From the NCBI GenBank assembly GCA_964486475.1, contig CAZALZ010000013.1, forward strand, positions 1-29,596: a DNA stretch of 29,596 nucleotides. The letters run 5' to 3'. Position numbers and translations under genes: made by a program. This document shows, piece after piece, positions 25,946 through 29,596 of this stretch. The notes beneath the pieces were generated by a model. The model did not search any database, was not told where the DNA came from, and saw only the letters and a list, made by a program, of their open reading frames with translations. This DNA comes from an uncultured Gammaproteobacteria bacterium (GTDB lineage: Bacteria > Patescibacteriota > Patescibacteriia > Patescibacteriales > WJLG01). How positions within the stretch are numbered: the stretch's first letter is position 1; each line of letters starts with the position of its first letter.

Positions 25946-26419
25946 TTGTTTCTTTTGAAACAAGCTTTTACAGCTACGGAGAATATGCTTACTGATAAAA
26001 AGAATGTTATAATAACCGCCGTTGTTTTGGTTTTAATAGTGACGGCTGCCGGGTCTTTTTTTGCAGGAGTGTCTTTCGGTAAGGGTAAGAATACCCGCGG
26101 AAATTTTTCTAATGACGGTAATTTTCAGGGTAAAATCAACCAAGGTTCCGACGCCGGCATGATCAGCGGCGAAGTGATCGGCATAGCCGGAGATAATATT
26201 ATTATCAGCCAGGGCGATGGTACAGAAAGAAAAATCAATATTTCCGAGGCCGTTGTTACTATTACTGAAATTATTAACAAATCCATAGATGATTTAGCTG
26301 TCGGTCAATCCGTAATAGTTAATGGTTCTACTGATTCTGATGATAATTTTTCCGCCACGATCGTGCAGATTCGTTCTAAAGAAGATATGCCCGCGCCGGC
26401 GCAAAACAGACAACCGTAA
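25946..26419 (+). CDS. Membrane-anchored hypothetical protein
   Basis: One N-terminal TM segment (VIITAVVLVLIVTAAGSFFAGV), then a G/S/D/N-rich region. No family recognised. Confidence 0.45.
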   Translation: MFLLKQAFTATENMLTDKKNVIITAVVLVLIVTAAGSFFAGVSFGKGKNTRGNFSNDGNFQGKINQGSDAGMISGEVIGIAGDNIIISQGDGTERKINISEAVVTITEIINKSIDDLAVGQSVIVNGSTDSDDNFSATIVQIRSKEDMPAPAQNRQP

Positions 26420-26452
26420 GATGGCGCTCCGGCCGCCAGATAATAAGAATTT

Positions 26453-26477
26453 AAAAAAACAACCTCAGTTGTTTTTT
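26453..26477. terminator. Bidirectional terminator between convergent genes
   Basis: AAAAAACAAC-ctca-GTTGTTTTTT has A-run and T-run flanks and serves both the 25946-26419 (+) and 26495-27223 (-) genes. Confidence 0.6.
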
Positions 26478-26494
26478 AAAATAAGCGGTTTTGT

Positions 26495-27223
26495 TTATTT
26501 TTTTGAAAAGAATCTTTCGCTATAATATTTTCTTTCTTCTGGGTTTCCGCCATCCGCGGCGCTTTTTTTGGTTAGTTGGCCGGGGTGGACGCGGTAGAGG
26601 CAAAGATAACCTTCAATTAAATATGGTTTGAATTTTTTTTCCGCCAGCCTCAACCAAAGATCGTAATCTTGTGTACGCAATTTTTCACCCCAGCCGCCGA
26701 CTGTTTTTATGCAAGAACGGTCGATTGTTGCAGTGCCGTTGGGAACGAAACAGCGTTTTAAAAGGCTTTGAAAGGCATTTTTAGCTTGAGGGCGATAAAT
26801 ATTGTATTCTCCCAAATTTTCCAATAATTTGTTATTTTTATTGATAAATAAAGAGCGTCCGTAAGTCCATTGGGCGCGCGGATTTTTCTTGAGAAAATTA
26901 TATCTGATTTGCAGGCTGGAGCGCGGCAGTAGATCGTCGTCGTCCAGCGGAACAATGAATTTTCCTTTGGATTTTTTGAAAGCGATATTTAAGGCGTCGC
27001 CCGGGCCGAAGTTGCGGTTGTTTTTTATGTAAATAATTCTTTTGTCTTCGCGCACGAATTTTTTAGCGATTTTGGCAGTGTCGTCGGTTGAGTTATTATC
27101 TACGATGATGTGTTCGTGGGTAAAGCCTTCTTCTTTCTGGTTTTGGATGCTTCTGATATTAGCCGTCAGGAATTCCGCGCGGTTATGGGTTGGGGTGAGA
27201 ATAGAGAAAAAAGGCTTTTTCAT
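26495..27223 (-). CDS. Family 2 glycosyltransferase
   Basis: FSILTPTHNRAEFL...EHIIVDNNSTDDT...PLDDDD shows the GT-A fold DxD region typical of GT2. Lies 2 nt downstream of glyQS on the same strand. Confidence 0.75.
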   Translation of the reverse strand: MKKPFFSILTPTHNRAEFLTANIRSIQNQKEEGFTHEHIIVDNNSTDDTAKIAKKFVREDKRIIYIKNNRNFGPGDALNIAFKKSKGKFIVPLDDDDLLPRSSLQIRYNFLKKNPRAQWTYGRSLFINKNNKLLENLGEYNIYRPQAKNAFQSLLKRCFVPNGTATIDRSCIKTVGGWGEKLRTQDYDLWLRLAEKKFKPYLIEGYLCLYRVHPGQLTKKSAADGGNPEERKYYSERFFSKK

Positions 27224-27225
27224 AA

Positions 27226-28596
27226 TTATTTTATTTTTCCCACAAAGTATTTTACCAATTCATCGGCGCCGACGCGTTCTTGAGCCATGGTGTCGCGGTC
27301 GCGGATTGTGACGGTATTGTCTTTTTCAATGGTATCAAAATCAACGGTTACGCAATAAGGCGTGCCGATTTCGTCCTGGCGGCGGTAGCGTTTGCCGACA
27401 TTGCCGTTGTCGTCAAATTCGCAAGTCCAATTTTTCTTTAAAGTGTTGAAAATTTCCTGCGCTTTTTCGACGAGAGCGGGTTTATTCTTTAATAATGGAA
27501 AGACGGCAATTTTTATCGGGGCGACTGTCGGCGGGAATTTAAGGACGACGCGTTCGTCATCTTCTATTTTTTCTTCGGTATAAGCCGAGCAGAGAACGGC
27601 CAGAAGCGCGCGGTCGAGGCCCATGGAAGGCTCAATAACGTGCGGGAGATATTTTTTGGCGTTGTCATTCGGGTCGCTGTAGCGCAGATCGGCGCCGGAA
27701 AATTTGGCATGCTGCGAAAGATCAAAATCGCCGCGATGCGCCAAACCGCAAAGTTCGCTTTGGCCGAATGGATATTCAAATTCCAGATCAACGGTTTTGC
27801 GGGAATAATGGGAAAGTTTTTCTTTCGGATGTTCAAAACGGACGACTTTTTTCATGTCAACGCCGACGGCGGAAAAAAATTCTTCCTGATTTTTCAGCCA
27901 GCTTTCAAACAGCGGCTGCCAATCAGCTTCCGGATCAAAAAAATATTCTATTTCCATTTGCTCAAATTCGCGCGTGCGGAAAATAAAATTGCGGGCGATT
28001 ATTTCGTTGCGGAAAGCTTTTCCGATTTGGGCGATGCCGAAAGGAATTTTGACGCGAGTGGAATCCAGGACATTTTTGAAATCAGAAAATATCGCGCCGG
28101 CGGTTTCTGGCCTTAGATATATCGGTTCGTTGATGCCGTTCATTTCGGTTTTAAACATCATATTCAGAGTGCGGACTTCGGTCCAATCGGATTTGCCGCA
28201 TTCCGGGCATTTTTGCCCTTGCAACGCTTGATTCATTCCTTCCAGATTTCCTTCCAAGTCTTTACCGGTTAATTCTTCAACCAAATGGTCGGCGCGGAAA
28301 CGTTTCTGGCAGGCTTTGCAGTCAACCATCGCATCGTTAAAACCGGTGGTGTGGCCGGAAGCTTCCCAGAGTTTCGGATGCAAAAGGATCGGACCGTCGA
28401 GGCCGACAATGTCTTCGCGTTCTTCTACGAATTTTTTCCACCAAATATCTTTGATGTTTTTTTTGAGTTGAACGCCGTAAGGGCCGTAAGAATAGGCATT
28501 AGCCAAACCGCCGTAAATTTCACAAGCTGGGAAAATAAAGCCTCTTCTTTTACAAAGAGAAACTATCTTTTCCATTTGTTCGTTTTGTTCGGTCAT
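27226..28596 (-). CDS. glyQS: Glycyl-tRNA synthetase, dimeric alpha2 type
   Basis: CKRRGFIFPACEIYGGLANAYSYGPYGVQLKKNI N-terminus, class II motifs and the C-terminal anticodon-binding domain. 456 aa. Confidence 0.9.
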   Translation of the reverse strand: MTEQNEQMEKIVSLCKRRGFIFPACEIYGGLANAYSYGPYGVQLKKNIKDIWWKKFVEEREDIVGLDGPILLHPKLWEASGHTTGFNDAMVDCKACQKRFRADHLVEELTGKDLEGNLEGMNQALQGQKCPECGKSDWTEVRTLNMMFKTEMNGINEPIYLRPETAGAIFSDFKNVLDSTRVKIPFGIAQIGKAFRNEIIARNFIFRTREFEQMEIEYFFDPEADWQPLFESWLKNQEEFFSAVGVDMKKVVRFEHPKEKLSHYSRKTVDLEFEYPFGQSELCGLAHRGDFDLSQHAKFSGADLRYSDPNDNAKKYLPHVIEPSMGLDRALLAVLCSAYTEEKIEDDERVVLKFPPTVAPIKIAVFPLLKNKPALVEKAQEIFNTLKKNWTCEFDDNGNVGKRYRRQDEIGTPYCVTVDFDTIEKDNTVTIRDRDTMAQERVGADELVKYFVGKIK

Positions 28597-28650
28597 ATGA
28601 GTATAAAACTAAATTTTAAAATTTAAAATTGTGATTTGAGATTTTCAAGT

Positions 28651-29596
28651 CTACATTTCTTCAACCACTTCAATCCCCAACAACCCTAATCCATTTTTTA
28701 TAGTTTCTGAAACAGAATTAAGCAGGGTCAGGCGGGCATTTTTGGTTTCTTCGTCAGCTTGCAAAACCGGAACGGCGTGGTAGTAATCGTTTAACATCTG
28801 TGCCAACTCGTAAATATATTTAGCGATTTCTGATGGGTCGTAATTCTTGCCGGCGGTTTCTATAATTTCTGGATATAAAGCAAGTTTTTTAATTAATTCT
28901 ATTTCTTTATTGTTGTTCAGTTTTTCTGCAAAGTTTAACACATCCCGCCTCGGAGTACAGAACCACCCCTCTCGAGAGGGGAATTCTTTATGAAAAATTG
29001 ATTGTATTCTGGCGTAGGCGTATTGGATGTAGGTAGAGGTGAAACCTTCCAGAGCGAGCGCTTTTTCAATATCAAAAGTGATAATGCTTTTAGCGCCGAC
29101 TTTAAGCATTTCGAATTTCATCGCGCCAACGGCGATTTTTTTGGAATTTTCCAGGATTTTTTCTTCGCTCCAATCTTCATGGCGTTTTTTTGTTTCCGCA
29201 ACGCATTTAGACAGAATATCTTGTTTTAATTCTTTGTAAGTGATGACATTGCCGGTGCGGGAGGACATCATACCGGTTGGAAGTTTAACAAAATCGTAGC
29301 CGAGGTGGACAAAATTTTCTTTGAAGCCGGAGAGTTCAAGAATTTTGAACAGTTGTTTGAAATAAAATTCTTGGCGGATATCAACAATAACAATGGAAGT
29401 ATCAGGGGAAAACCGGCGGTGTTTTTCTTTCGCCAAAGCTAAGTCGGCGACAGCATAAGCGGCGGTGCCGTTAGAGCGCGCAACAACCAAGACGTCCAAG
29501 CCGTATTCTTTTAAGTCGGCGATGATAGCGCCTTCGCTTTTTTTCAGAATGCCTTTTTCCAAAAGGGCCGCTGTGTCTATAACAGAGCCTTTTTCA
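28651..29596 (-). CDS. argS: Arginyl-tRNA synthetase, C-terminal half (gene continues past window end)
   Basis: DALR anticodon-binding domain (YIQYAYARIQSIF...IKKLALYPEII...IAKYIYELAQMLNDYYH). The terminal residues ...LLGIEVVEEM end in Met as ArgRS does. The protein runs off the 3' edge of the window. Confidence 0.8.
   Translation of the reverse strand, partial: EKGSVIDTAALLEKGILKKSEGAIIADLKEYGLDVLVVARSNGTAAYAVADLALAKEKHRRFSPDTSIVIVDIRQEFYFKQLFKILELSGFKENFVHLGYDFVKLPTGMMSSRTGNVITYKELKQDILSKCVAETKKRHEDWSEEKILENSKKIAVGAMKFEMLKVGAKSIITFDIEKALALEGFTSTYIQYAYARIQSIFHKEFPSREGWFCTPRRDVLNFAEKLNNNKEIELIKKLALYPEIIETAGKNYDPSEIAKYIYELAQMLNDYYHAVPVLQADEETKNARLTLLNSVSETIKNGLGLLGIEVVEEM
28966..28992. repeat. 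GC-rich palindrome CCCCTCTC/GAGAGGGG followed by AATTCTTTATG, copy 2 (inside argS coding sequence, encodes EFPSREGW)
   Basis: Perfect 16-nt palindrome. It matches 19 of 20 nt of the copy at 19217-19236 and has the same downstream TTTATG. Confidence 0.6.

Overview
This 29.6-kb window looks like a compact, low-GC bacterial chromosome segment made almost entirely of housekeeping genes, with a split heat-shock locus and a few short accessory islands.

Housekeeping genes:
- Four aminoacyl-tRNA synthetases: alaS (truncated form), tyrS, glyQS and argS (partial at the 3' edge).
- tsaD, ppsA, gpmI, a SIS-type PGI/PMI-like isomerase, a GT2 glycosyltransferase and lgt (partial at the 5' edge).
- Two tRNAs: tRNA-Glu(UUC) on the minus strand and tRNA-Leu(UAG) on the plus strand.

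Heat-shock locus:
- A perfect CIRCE element sits directly upstream of a short hrcA followed by grpE.
- hsp20 and dnaK follow. dnaJ is separated from dnaK by a four-gene insert (Zn-PLC-like hydrolase, alpha/beta hydrolase, hypothetical, DUF3467).

My lineage guess is a Candidate Phyla Radiation/Patescibacteria-like organism. The basis is that most genes lack a Shine-Dalgarno sequence, AlaRS and HrcA are truncated, and there is a T4SS-type pilin-like secreted protein. This is inference only.

Most interesting observation: a family of long imperfect inverted repeats built from GTAGTATG / CCATACTAC heptamer units. Copies end 4-14 nt before the start codons of hsp20, dnaK, dnaJ and ppsA. CIRCE is found only at hrcA. 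This points to a second, undescribed heat-shock cis-element, either an operator or a 5'-UTR RNA hairpin.

Other accessory features:
- A RelE/YafQ-RHH toxin-antitoxin pair with a palindromic operator.
- A minus-strand cluster of pilin-like, membrane and SPFH/HflK-like genes. The membrane gene carries a G9+A7 homopolymer tract that is a slipped-strand candidate.
- An orphan 248-aa ORF next to tRNA-Leu.
- A 20-nt GC-rich palindrome duplicated at two distant sites, one of them inside argS coding sequence.
- A structured intergenic region plus an AT-rich acidic membrane protein between tsaD and ppsA.

No CRISPR array, integrase, transposase or rRNA was seen.
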